Shown here in pieces: positions 10,701 to 21,500 of a stretch of 64,000 nucleotides of DNA; the stretch's first letter is position 1; each line of letters starts with the position of its first letter. Where the stretch lies: positions 322,817 through 386,816 of the forward strand of contig OZ316892.1 of the NCBI GenBank assembly GCA_973895155.1. Reading direction: 5' to 3'. The DNA is from Marsupella aquatica (Eukaryota > Plantae > Marchantiophyta). The notes beneath the pieces were generated by a model. It saw only the letters and a list, made by a program, of their open reading frames with translations. It was not told the DNA's origin and made no database searches. Made by a program: the position numbers and the translations under genes.

Positions 10701-13658
10701 TAGACATGATGACATTGTGAGAATTGACACAATGGAACTTTTTTGACTGCTGGCATGCTGAAATGACCTGCGAGACCTGGTCATGGTCATCTGAATACAA
10801 GATTGCAAGCATGCCATCATCAGAAAGGAAAGGGTCCATCGCTTTGAAGAAAGAACTGGGAACTGTGTGGTCTGGTACATTCCACTTTGGAACCCGATGG
10901 TCCATGAGCGTAGGTTTAAGTCCAGTAGGAAGATAGATGAATCCTGCATTGACACCAAACGATCTTTCTTTTCCTCCTCTGATTACTCCCTTTACTCGGG
11001 AACCCGACTTGATTAAGTCCCGTCCCCATTTCTCTGCATCAGTCATCCAATCTGGTTTCGCTGCTTTGTTGAAAGCAGTATCAATAAATTCTTGGATACT
11101 TGTTTCCACCATGCAATGCCTAGAAGATTTGCTCTTGAAGGTTCCCACATCTCTCTGAACACCAGTTCCAGCGGCATCATCTGGGGAAAATTCTCCAGCT
11201 TGAATTGCCCTTTTCTTCTTCTTCTCTGTATTGGTTGCATCAAGAGGGACGATCTCTTTCGCTTTGTCAATTGGAGTTACTGGGTCTGACTGGGCACCGG
11301 TATTGGCTTCGGAAGGCTCCAGAGTGGCATCTACTTTTGTTTCATTGGTTGCAGCATCAGACTTTCTCCCACCTAAAGGAAAAAGAGTAGAATTTATTCA
11401 ATGCTAAATAATAGCACCAGTCGCTGTCCAAACCAATTGAAAAAACAAACCAATAGACATAGTCATATAGCAGCGCTTGGCGCTAACCAAAATGTGAAGC
11501 TACAAGCTGAATGACAACTTAAGTTTTTTGGCGGACCGCGTTGAGGTACTCGGTGCCGCAACTTTGGTTTTTGCTTTGGCTCTGGGTTTGCGACTTCGAT
11601 CAACATGAACAACCGTAGTTTTGCACACCGATTGCAATTCTGCCGCCGACTTGCTCACATCACCTTTGATTCCCTGCTTCATGTTGGACACAAACTTGGG
11701 AGGGACTTGAGACTTTGAAAGCTTATGAAATGCGTCTTTCTCAATGTCTCTGAATGGAGAGTCCCATCTATCGGTGTCCAAATACCAAGGACAATGAATT
11801 CTCTCCCATTCTGACAGTTTCCTTGGTGGAAGACACCCTTCAGCGGGATACATTGAATACACATCGGCCAGTATGTCTCCTTCGGGAACAACGATCCACT
11901 TTTGGAAAGCAGCAGGGTATGCCCAAAAGTAATTTGGCTTCACAATCTCCATATGCATGAAGAAACGGTACAGGTATCATTTGGCCCTCTTCTGATTCTT
12001 GAGGGTGTAGTCAGCCTTGTCGGGATACTTGGAAGGCCACATTGTATTAAAAAACTTGCCTTTCACAGCGTCCCCAAATTTCTTGAAGTCATTTGAGACT
12101 ATTTCAATAAGCGATTCAATCGACTCACACTCCCACTCCTGCAACCGATTGGCGTGGACCAATAGCGATTCCCTCCACAGTGTTCCAAGTTTTCTAGGTA
12201 TGGCACCGTTGCTTCACTGGATCGTCATTAACGCTCTGTGGATGGAAGAATTGTTTCCTCAGCTCCGGTGTACAATGGGCAACCAGAAGGGTACTCCTCA
12301 GCTTGGGGTCGAGGGCAAAGACAGCGGTAACCAATCTTGCTCGATCCATTGTACAGACAATTGCATCCGGATTCTTCTCTCTCTTATTCTTCTCTGTGAG
12401 GGGGTACATCTCAGCACATGTCCGCATGAAATCCTCAAAAGTGGGGCTTAACAGAGGAGTGATTTTTGACACCTTTATCGCCCAATCCTTTGTTGCCTCC
12501 ATCATCGCTGCATGTCTTTTTGAAATCTCTGCGGGAGACCAAGGTGTACCCTGAGCGGCAGCATGTTCCAGATCCATCTTAAACTGTCTAGAATTAGACT
12601 TGATCTTATTCTCACACAAGATGTACAGAAGCGCTTCTTGAGGCATTTTTTTCGTATACCACGATCCCTTCCGTGTTTTCTGCATGATCTACCCAAACTT
12701 CTTGAAGTTTGCAGCGTCAATGATAGACTTGTAGTAATTCAGTTCATTCGAGAGAATTTGGTTGATACGGTCTGCATCAAGTATCCAAGAGAGTTCGACC
12801 ACTACCTGCCCAAGCCTGAAAACGAGAGAGGGAGTCAGTAGCGCCCGACGCTAGTGAAACACTATGATCATAGATTAGAATAGAAATATATTGGAAGAGA
12901 CACTTATTGGTTAACAGTGTGCATTGCCGCCTCAATCTCGATCAAGGACCCCTTTTCTCCCTTGAATATTGTGCACTGGACACGAGGATGGTATTTCATA
13001 TCATCTGGATTCTCCTTTGTGACGATGGACCATGCGTAGAGTTGATGGTTTCCATCAAACACAAAAAACATCTTATCCTACAGGACGCAGAAGTCAGGGT
13101 TGGCAGCGCATTCCGCCTCAAACTTTTCGTTCTCTGCGACCCAAATTGCATCCAGGAAGCACGAATCTCTGGCGTGCAGATCTGGACTTCTCCATTGGAA
13201 TCTGTTGGTTGGACGTAAAACAGCATGCCGATCTTAGGATTGTATCTTGTGCTCTGAAAGGAGTCTTTCAGCTTCTCTATCGAAGGGCTTCCCTTCTGTA
13301 ATGTCCGTACTACTTCCATATGAAGTAGTCGGCACATTGGAATCCTTGGCGGATCCTTGTCATGTCCTCGGAAATCTTTTCCAAATGACATAATGTGTTT
13401 GGAGATCACATCGTAAACAGTCAGCAACGTCTCTCCAAAGACCTCCATAGCAAACGAATTAGAATCATCCATCTTCCCTCTCTTGCTATTCGGGAACAAT
13501 ACAACGGGTTGTGCTTCAGGGGCTCGCGAAGCAGTGGATCGAGTCACTCGACGACTATACACAGATCCTGAAAATGAGCACTCAGATGTTTGCGAGGGGA
13601 CGACCTCTCTGTGTCCGTTTCCACTAAAGCATTGAGAGGAGGATAAGGCAGGGTCCAT
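7781..13658 (-). pseudogene. Multi-exon ParB-like + beta-class N4/N6 DNA methyltransferase-like gene (copy B cargo). Approximate exons 13658-12908, 12817-~11510, ~11371-10669, 8317-7781.
   Basis: ParB-like motif KMFFVFDGNHQLYAW (~13030-13075). MTase N-half VNAGFIYLPTG...AMDPFLSDDGMLAI (10800-10955). SAM-binding C-half IELFTLPGDIVLDWTVGSGSTFIAG..GHFVIGLENRREFVETA (7980-8115). In-frame GT-AG splice 10668/8318 joins NIQ|VFTLRLDIFCR. Several stops and frameshifts. Confidence 0.75.
8406..10632. mobile_element. 2,227-bp solo-LTR-like insertion (TG...CA) in the MTase intron
   Basis: Termini TGTCATGAGG...CCTCAGGACA (9/10 inverted match), 4-bp TSD GCGC (8402-8405 and 10633-10636), no credible ORF. 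Confidence 0.8.
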
Positions 13659-14283
13659 TGCTCGCACAAGGGCGAAGGAAGCACTGACGACCACCGCGCT
13701 CTTTCCGTACTGCAAATGGAAAAAACCCGTCACACAGCTTCGATCGTACTGTACTTAACATGGGAAATAAGAAGAATCTAGAGCACAGAGCATGACATAT
13801 ACGCTAAGGAAACTGAACTCCTGGCCTGGATCTATGACACATGTCGTTATCTTATTTGACAACACATAAGGGGATCAATGTATTGAGGGTCATGCAACCT
13901 ATAGTTACCGTTGAATATGACCGTTGAAAGGAAAACCTGACGTTAGATGGACCCCAACCTTTTGGATTGTTATGAATAGCGCCAGGCGCTAAACATAAAT
14001 TGACTCTGCATGGACCTCTACTTTTGCAATGTTTTTAATAGCGCTTGGCGCTATTCATCATCTGATATTTCTAGAACAAAAGGGTTCTTCCTAAATAACG
14101 TTTTTTGTTAATGTCGTTGATTGTAAATGACGTTGATATAATGACAAAATACATATATGGTGTTAGAGGATTGTCTTATTATAACGGCTTTAGGGAACTG
14201 TTAGTCAGGATCGATAACAGTCCTCGTCGGTGGAATTTTGATTCATAATTTTCCTACACTCATTCGCTTCCAAGGCTTCTGTG

Positions 14284-17200
14284 ATGTCTCAGTCAATCGT
14301 AGTTACCCGTATGTCCACCGGTGACATTGTTTCCATTCCAGTGTCTGTGGCCGAAAGGTACAGGCAAATAAGTGAGGTTTATCTTTGTGGAAGGTTTGAT
14401 TTGCGCATGAATGACATAAAGGCAATCGTTCAGGAGGGAACGGAAGCCAATGACTTTGAATCTATCGCACTTTTTGATGTCGATGACGGGGTGAGATTTT
14501 GGCACCTTAATGTTGGGTTGCGCTACTCCATTGTTGTTCGGGAACCAAATCAAGGAGATTGGCAATCCCCTCAGAGGGATCCGGTGGATGTAGTTGCTCT
14601 TTCTGATAGTGATGATGAGGAGCCACCAAGGATCCCCTTCGTGGAGCCTTCGGCGCCTGAAGTGGTCTTGGTCAAAGAGGAGATGCCATCGTCGCAATCC
14701 CATATTGTATACCGGAGAAGTGCAATGGACGCGCTGCTCAAGTCAACTAGGTCCAACAAACTTTCAAGGTTCATTTCGGCTGGAAACTTCCGGCATGAAC
14801 AAGTACCTTGTTTGCCACCGAAGTACAATGGAAATGTAGTGTTTGAGTTGCCTCCATTGTCGGGAATTCTTTCAAAAGGATCCCGTCTACAGGACATGGA
14901 CCGAACCAAGGATTGCTACATCTGGACTAGAATATTTCCTACCACTACAAACGTGCAGCCCAAGAAATACTGGGAATTCGGTAAAGTCACTTGTACTGGA
15001 TTTATTGAGTGCAGGAATAAAACTTGTGACTACTTCCGCCGAAGAAGAGGAGGAATGCAAAGGCATGGGCTGGTACCCCAAAACTTGGAGGCTCTCACCG
15101 TGTTGGATCGTTCATTGAGCAGGGTGGAGTTGTTTGTCATTATTGCCAGCAGCTCCCTTTTTGTGTAGAGGCATGCTCTGCAAGACTGTTTTATATGTAT
15201 CCTCAAGTTCTGCTTGACTCAAATACCTGTAGTCACATGTCTTGCCTTGCGATTCATACGGGCACCCACAACCATCCTTGTCGTAAGGTATTTTCCCGGA
15301 GTGCGGAAAAGGTAGTTGAAGATGTCATAAAAAAGAAATTGGAAGGCAATCCAACTTGGACGCCTGCCAGGATTAAAAATGTAGCGACAGGATCTTTTGT
15401 ATAGTCTTTGTGTGAGAGCCTAGGTGAGATTGAAGATATCGAAGAGACAGAGATTTTCCAGTCTCTAATGGTAGTTTCTACTCCACAGAAGTTTGCATCT
15501 CTTTTCAGGAGTGTTAGGCAGGACCAGAAAGGCCGTGGAGAGTTGGATTTTCTTGTTCGGTATCAAAAGAATATCAACATGCCTTTTCTACACAGGTACA
15601 TCCTTCCAGGTCAAGGATCTCAAGAAGACAGACCTCACATATTTAAGATGACTTCCAAAGGCCATGGGTCTGGGGTGGATCTTTTGTGGCAAATGCAACC
15701 TGGAGGGATGCTTGAAGGTGCCTGGGTAAGCTTCGATGTCATGAAATGAATGACCAAGGATTGGGTGACTTTTAGCGCACACGTTTACGATCACAATTAC
15801 CGCGCATTGTGTACAATATTTACTTGCGAGCTAAAAGCTGAGGACACGGCGTCATTCGAGAAGGCTTGGAGATTAATGATTGAGGTTTCCAAAGAGAATG
15901 GGTTAGATAATCCAACCATTCATGGCTTCATGGCAGACAATGCCCAAGCCGGATGGTTAGCAGTCCGAAATGTTTTTTTTGGAGGGCACCCAAACCCTGA
16001 ACAAGAGAGGACGGACGCTTTTCATTTTTACCAAGCTTTTCATCGCCATTCTGTTGAAGGAGTGTTGGAAGAGAAGCAGGCGAAACATCGAATGCTATGG
16101 GATAAATTACGGAATGCACCGACATTTGTAGAGGCTTACCGACTTTCAAGAGAGATTGACCTATGGTGGTAGTCGGGTAATTGCTTACTTGGAAAGAAGT
16201 GTTTACAAAAGATAGCAAACAGGAAACAGGATTTAATAACAAAAACTGGTAACAAGAAAAAAAACTAGTAACAGGAAAATGGATGGAATTTTTTTTTGTT
16301 TTTTTTTTTTTTGAGAAAAAAAAAGTTTTTTTTTTGGTCAACCAGTTTTTTTTGCTACAGCCCAAAGCTAGCCAAAAATGTTGCATTGTTAATTTTTTTT
16401 GGAAATAACATGTTTTATGAGACATTTTTAAATTGTCATTTTTCCTGGTAACAGTGATTTTTTCTTGGTAACAGCATTTTAAAAACAGGAAAAAAAAATC
16501 TTGTTTACCTGTTTCTTGTCTCCGTCGCTATACCCCCTGGAAAGCTCCGAATGCTTCAAAGTTGGATATCGTGGTGGGTCGTGCGTTGGAGGCAGTGGGG
16601 AAATTTTATTCGCTTGGTGAGTAATAGCGCTTGGCGCTAGTAATATGCAAGTCAGATTGCTTTGTAGAAGTACATTTTTCAGATGACATTCCTCAACATT
16701 CCATCCAAAGAATCCAAATAATGTAATTGATTCTCAAATATTGACCTGTTTATTTTCATAAACATGTGATTACACAATAATATTGATGGTTTTGTCTAAA
16801 TGTTCTGCCTAGCGCCTGGCGCTAGTATGTTTTGCGGATTCTTACCAGTGTTTATGCTTTGTCGTTCTAGGACAAAAGTGCTGAAGAAGGCGCTAGGATT
16901 CCTAACTATACCGGGTCAGAGTCTGTTCATGCGGGAATGAAAGCATGGGTAATGAAAAAAAAAGTTGGGCTCTTTGAGGCATGTGAAATGGATCAGAATC
17001 GAGCTATATCGCAGGTTGCAGCATATACCACATATCGGAAAGGATTGAGTAGAGGAAGAGGTCCTACAATATGGGAACTGGCTTTCCGTTCAGCTGACCA
17101 GGCAGGTTCCCCAGAGCTGTTCGAGGATGCGATGAACATGCTCCTCTCCAATGCAGCTGAGTTTGACTTGGAGAGAAGCGTTCCTCTCAACGGAGATGTT

Positions 17201-18394
17201 ACAAAGTCTGTCAAGAGGAAAGGACCTGCAACTGGGATTGTCTCGCCACAAGACTCCCACCGACATGATAAAGTCCTTATCACATCGCCGAATACCAGAT
17301 CAATCAAGCGTAAAAATCTGCACCACACAATGTTTGCTTCCATATCGGAAGAAAAACCTGATGACATTTCCGTTGTCAATCTCTCAGGAAGTGATGATTC
17401 GAGGGATGTAGATCGTGATGATTTCAGTACACCGCAGAGTCGACATCAATCACGTTCAACACAATACCCACAAAGCGCCCCCGCTGTACTTCAGCAGACA
17501 TTGCTCCAATCTCCAGTTCTTGAAACAGAATTCATGCAGGGTTCATGGCATCTGTGTCAGACATCAAGATTTGGGGCCGGTCCACAGTGCAACACGTCAT
17601 TTGGCGGTAGTTCCGAGAGAGACGAGGGTCGAAATAGAGTGAAGAAAGTTGGGTTCCCCTCATCAAACAATGTCATTGGAATTGTTGTCAAAGGACAATG
17701 CATGTTCAGGGGGGAACCCATAGCCAAAATGATATGGTTCTGCCCAAACAACACATGCTATCGGGGCCGTCCCCGCCGTGGTGTAGTGAACCTGCCCTCC
17801 GTTCCTGATGTTCTTCCTGTTATAAAAGGAACAAATGTTTCGGAAGCTGAGATGAAGTATCTTGTTGACCAGGGAATACCTATAGCCCGAGGAAGAGACG
17901 GTCCTCTACCTCCACCATCACTTTTCGAGCTTTGAATCAATGTAAACTTATTTCCAGAGAGAGTGAATCTTTTGGAACCCACTGTTCGTCTCCAAAGTCG
18001 GAATGGAAAGAACACGGTTCCTCGATCGACCTTGACCCATGGTCACATGAAGAGGATTGAATCTGCAAGAAAAGAGACCATGTCCGTCTAGGGACAATGG
18101 GATGTTTCTATTGGGAACTCATGGGGGAAGCAATTCAAAGTACAAACACATGAGAATCTAAGGACGCCGAATAGTTACTTTGTGCAGATTTGTATTTTCC
18201 CGACTTGTTCTTGTGAGGATTTCTATCGTCGACATTCTCGCAGACATCCATATATGCCTTGCAAACATTTGTACTGGGTTTTCCATACCGTTTTCAAACT
18301 AGACGTTGAGGAATCTACTTTGACCAGCCAACCAATTCTCACAGTTGGAGAAGTCCGACTGATCTTGGAGAGGGAGAATGCTCATGGTTTATAG
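14284..18394 (+). pseudogene. MULE-like transposase, copy B (GCM-like Zn domain, DDE core, C-terminal SWIM finger); intron 16617-16870
   Basis: CTGFIECRNKTC...HTGTHNHPC; WVSFD, FMADNAQAGWLAVRNVFF..DAFHFYQA and GSESVH as the DDE residues; SWIM motif CSCEDF..PCKHLYWV. Stops at 15402, 15747, 16170 and 17933, plus a frameshift near 15040. Confidence 0.85.
16197..16535. mobile_element. 339-bp non-autonomous derivative of the MULE family with a 9-bp TSD
   Basis: Flanked by CTTGGAAAG (16188-16196) and CCTGGAAAG (16536-16544). Removing it restores ..GK|LRMLQSWISWW. Its left end matches 6582-6665. Confidence 0.8.
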
Positions 18395-18578
18395 AGAAGT
18401 ATATATTTGTCCTATACTTGAAACGGTTATATTAGTTTTTGTCGTATTACAACGATATAGTTTTATGTTAGCGCCTGGCGCTAGGATGGAAGTCTTCCTT
18501 ATTATCATTTACTTCATTGTAATCCTATCACTACAAATGATATTTTAAATTTGTGTTTCCTGTTAGAATATATTTAAC

Positions 18579-21500
18579 TGTGATGCCTAGACAGGAATCA
18601 CTCGACCGGTTAAGTGGGTAAAGCAGGAAGGCACCCTAGGAACACCTTAGTATAGTGACAAAACAAGGAAAATATAAACAATTAGGGGCAACCATGGAAC
18701 CCGGGCAGAGGCCGGAGGTAAGGCTGAGGGTGAAAACCCGATTAGGGTTAGGGCGCGTTAAGCGTCGGCGGCTAGGAAGGATCAACGGGAAGAAGGACCG
18801 GCAGAGGAGAGGGGTAAGGAGCGCTTGCAGGAGATGGTGGCTCATTTGCGAGCACGAACTAGGCAGACGACTACGGGAGGCCAACTACTGTCAGCTGCTT
18901 AAGCAAGCACTCGGGGAGAGAGTAGATACCGACGATCGACCTAAGGAGGGTATGAGCAACGTCAATCAAGCGGCACATTTTTGGGGATGCCTGTTCGAAC
19001 GGGCAACTGAGTACATCAAGACTTACGAGGACGAGGAGTCAGAAAGGGCAGCTCGAGAACGGCAGGAGCTCGTTCGATTGTGGGAGCTGCACAAGACGGC
19101 TTTCTTAGGAGGCGAACTCATCAAGGACGAGTTCCTGTGGACGCCTACTTCCAATCAACTCGACGATCTTCTGTTTTGCAAAGACAGCGTCGTCGGCATC
19201 CGAGAGGCCATCAAGAACTGCAACGACATACACTGGGAATTAAAGGGTAGCACGGAAAGGTGGACCCGGGCAACGGTGCTAGGAGAAACCTCCACGGCAG
19301 CAGAGATGAAGAGGAAGGGAGCCGTCAACGATGAAGCCACCCCGGCAAAAAGAACGAGGTCGGCGGCACCAAAGAAGCCAGCCGAGCAGCAGAGCAGGAG
19401 GCAGGGAGAAGCCGAAGAGGAGGAGGTCGATCCCATCAAGGCCATTCCAACCAGGGATGACACTTGGAAGGGCTGGGCGGCAACCCTACCGGTGGAGGTG
19501 CAACTACATTTTGCACGGGAGGAGGATGCATGCTTTACGGCCATGCAGACCAAGAAGTACCAAGGCTTCATGGCCGGATCCGGCTTGGAGGCCTTTGTAA
19601 GATTACCATGGCTGAAGCCGGAGGTACCGGAATCAGACCTATTAGAATTCGTGGGGTCATGGGAACCCGAGACCAATTGCACGAGGATATATGGGAAGGA
19701 TTTCTATCTTACTCCCAAGGTAATTGCCGAAGTGTTTGGCTTGCCGATGGGCAATAAGACCAAAGTTGATACCAGGAAGACCTTGCCTGACAAGGAGTTC
19801 CGGTCGTTCCCCGGGCCATCAACGAAGAATGGCTTCTTCCGGAACACCTGCACCAACCCGCACATAGGAGAGATGATCGACTTCTTGCGGGTGACCATGC
19901 ATTGTAACTTGCCGAGGGCAGAGATCGGCAAGGCACAGGTCTATCTGGCAGAAAGGCCAGACCCAAGCCGGGACTACAACGGGTACCTCCTCAACCAATT
20001 GAAGAAGATCTTAAAGGAGGAGCAGCAGGTAATCGGCATGGGGAGCGTGTCGCGGCTTGGCTATCACATGCCGCTGTTGTGCCGGTATGCCAGAGGTCAG
20101 ACTTTTGCCCCGGTACTTCCCCTGCAGGTAAGGGCACCCGAGGAAGCTCCAACACCGAGGCCGTTGGCTGAGAAGCCTCCACCACCTGTTAGTCCTACGA
20201 TCGAGCAGGTGTTTAGCCCCAGGAAGGAAGACTTGCCGATGCAGCAACCAGGCATGTAGAGTCTGCTGAAACTACTGGAGAAAGAAAAGAAATCGGCATC
20301 GGCAACAACAACAACAACGGCAACGGCAACAATGCAGGACACTACTACAGAGGTAGGCCTACACCGGCTCACAAGAGAAAACCCCTTTGCTGGAGACAAG
20401 GAGAGAATCAGGCCGGAATCCAAGCCAGGTGTTCGAATGTACGTGGGAACCTCAAGCTCCGAATCTGAGGCAGAATTGCCTGAAGCTCCTACCGACAAAG
20501 AGGAGAGGGAGAAGCCGGACGTCCAAGAAGTAGAGGAGGCAGTGGAGGACTGCAGCCATGATAATTCCGGCTATGGGTCGGACCATCACGTTCCAGGAGT
20601 AAGGACCTGTGGCCGGTTTGTCCCCACACTTCCAAGGGTAGTGCGAGGGGACCCCAACCAGCAGAGTAGCCCTGAGTCTCCCCCACCAGATGTTGCTCCC
20701 CCGAGCTTCGACGGCATAAAACAGATGGTGCAGGAATTTCAGGAGCGAATCAAGCAGGAGGAAGAGGCCGCCCTGGCTAAGGAAAAGGATTTACCAGGAG
20801 GAGATTGGCCGGAGGACATCAGGCGGCTAGCCGAAAAAGGAAGCAAACCTCTAGCCACGATTGAAGAGATCCGCAGGACGGCGTGGGAGCAGAGGCCACG
20901 ATGGGCGATGCCGATCACTTCTACTTACTCCACCTACGCTAAGAATAGAGCCATGGAGTATGGTGAGATGTGTGGGGAACTTGCGCTCGGCATCTTTGGA
21001 GAGGAGTTGGAGGTAGGACCCTTTTTCCATAGGGAGCAGTTGGAGAAGCACCAATTAGAAGAAGCGGTGGCTTTAGAGAGAAGCAAGAAGGACGAGGTCA
21101 TTCGGCGGCTTAGGAGGATGGGAGCCGAGATTGAAGATCTAAGGGCGGCCAAGAAAGCCCAAGATGAACTGCGGATTAAACGACATGAGCTGAACATCAT
21201 GCAGGGGCAGTTGGACGCCGCGCAGGCTGATAATCAGAATATCAAGGATAAACTGACTCAGACGCAGGAAGAGTTGGCCGACACGATCAAAGAGAGGGAG
21301 AAGTGGAAGCAAGAGCTGAAGAATACAGAGGAGGCCCACATAACAGCCAACAGCCGGGCCATGGCGGAGACCCAAAGAAAGGAATGGGCGTTGAAAGGGG
21401 AGCTCGAGAAAATCCGCGGAGCCCTTGAGCAGAAGGAGGTCGAGTTAGGGAAATCCTATCAAGGGATTATGGCGCTGCAGCAGGAGCTTGCGTCCCTGAC

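Larger units (their letters stand above)
4681..18483. repeat. About 20 dispersed copies of the 15-bp palindrome TAGCGCCNGGCGCTA
   Basis: Copies start at 4681, 4745, ~4848, 5000, 5062, 6206, 6699, 6818, 6951, 7167, 7266, 8393 (split), 11412, 11471, 12839, 13977, 14039, 16625, 16810 and 18469. All lie in introns, intergenic or subterminal DNA. Confidence 0.92.
6582..18578. mobile_element. Mutator-like DNA transposon, copy B (~12 kb including nested insertions; right end lost), with divergent transposase and ParB-like/MTase-like genes
   Basis: Left terminus AGGTGTTTACAAAAGGCAGG interrupts the copy A reading frame at 6582 and matches the end of the small element at 16197. Contains MULE DDE and SWIM motifs. 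Confidence 0.8.

Noticed and set aside
7781-13658. Bacterial contamination (ParB + MTase)
   Set aside because: The gene has GT-AG introns and is embedded in plant transposons next to a PPR-DYW gene.
18942-18954. Shine-Dalgarno-like TAAGGAGG just before the LTR-ORF ATG
   Set aside because: The context is eukaryotic and the spacing is only 2 nt; coincidental.
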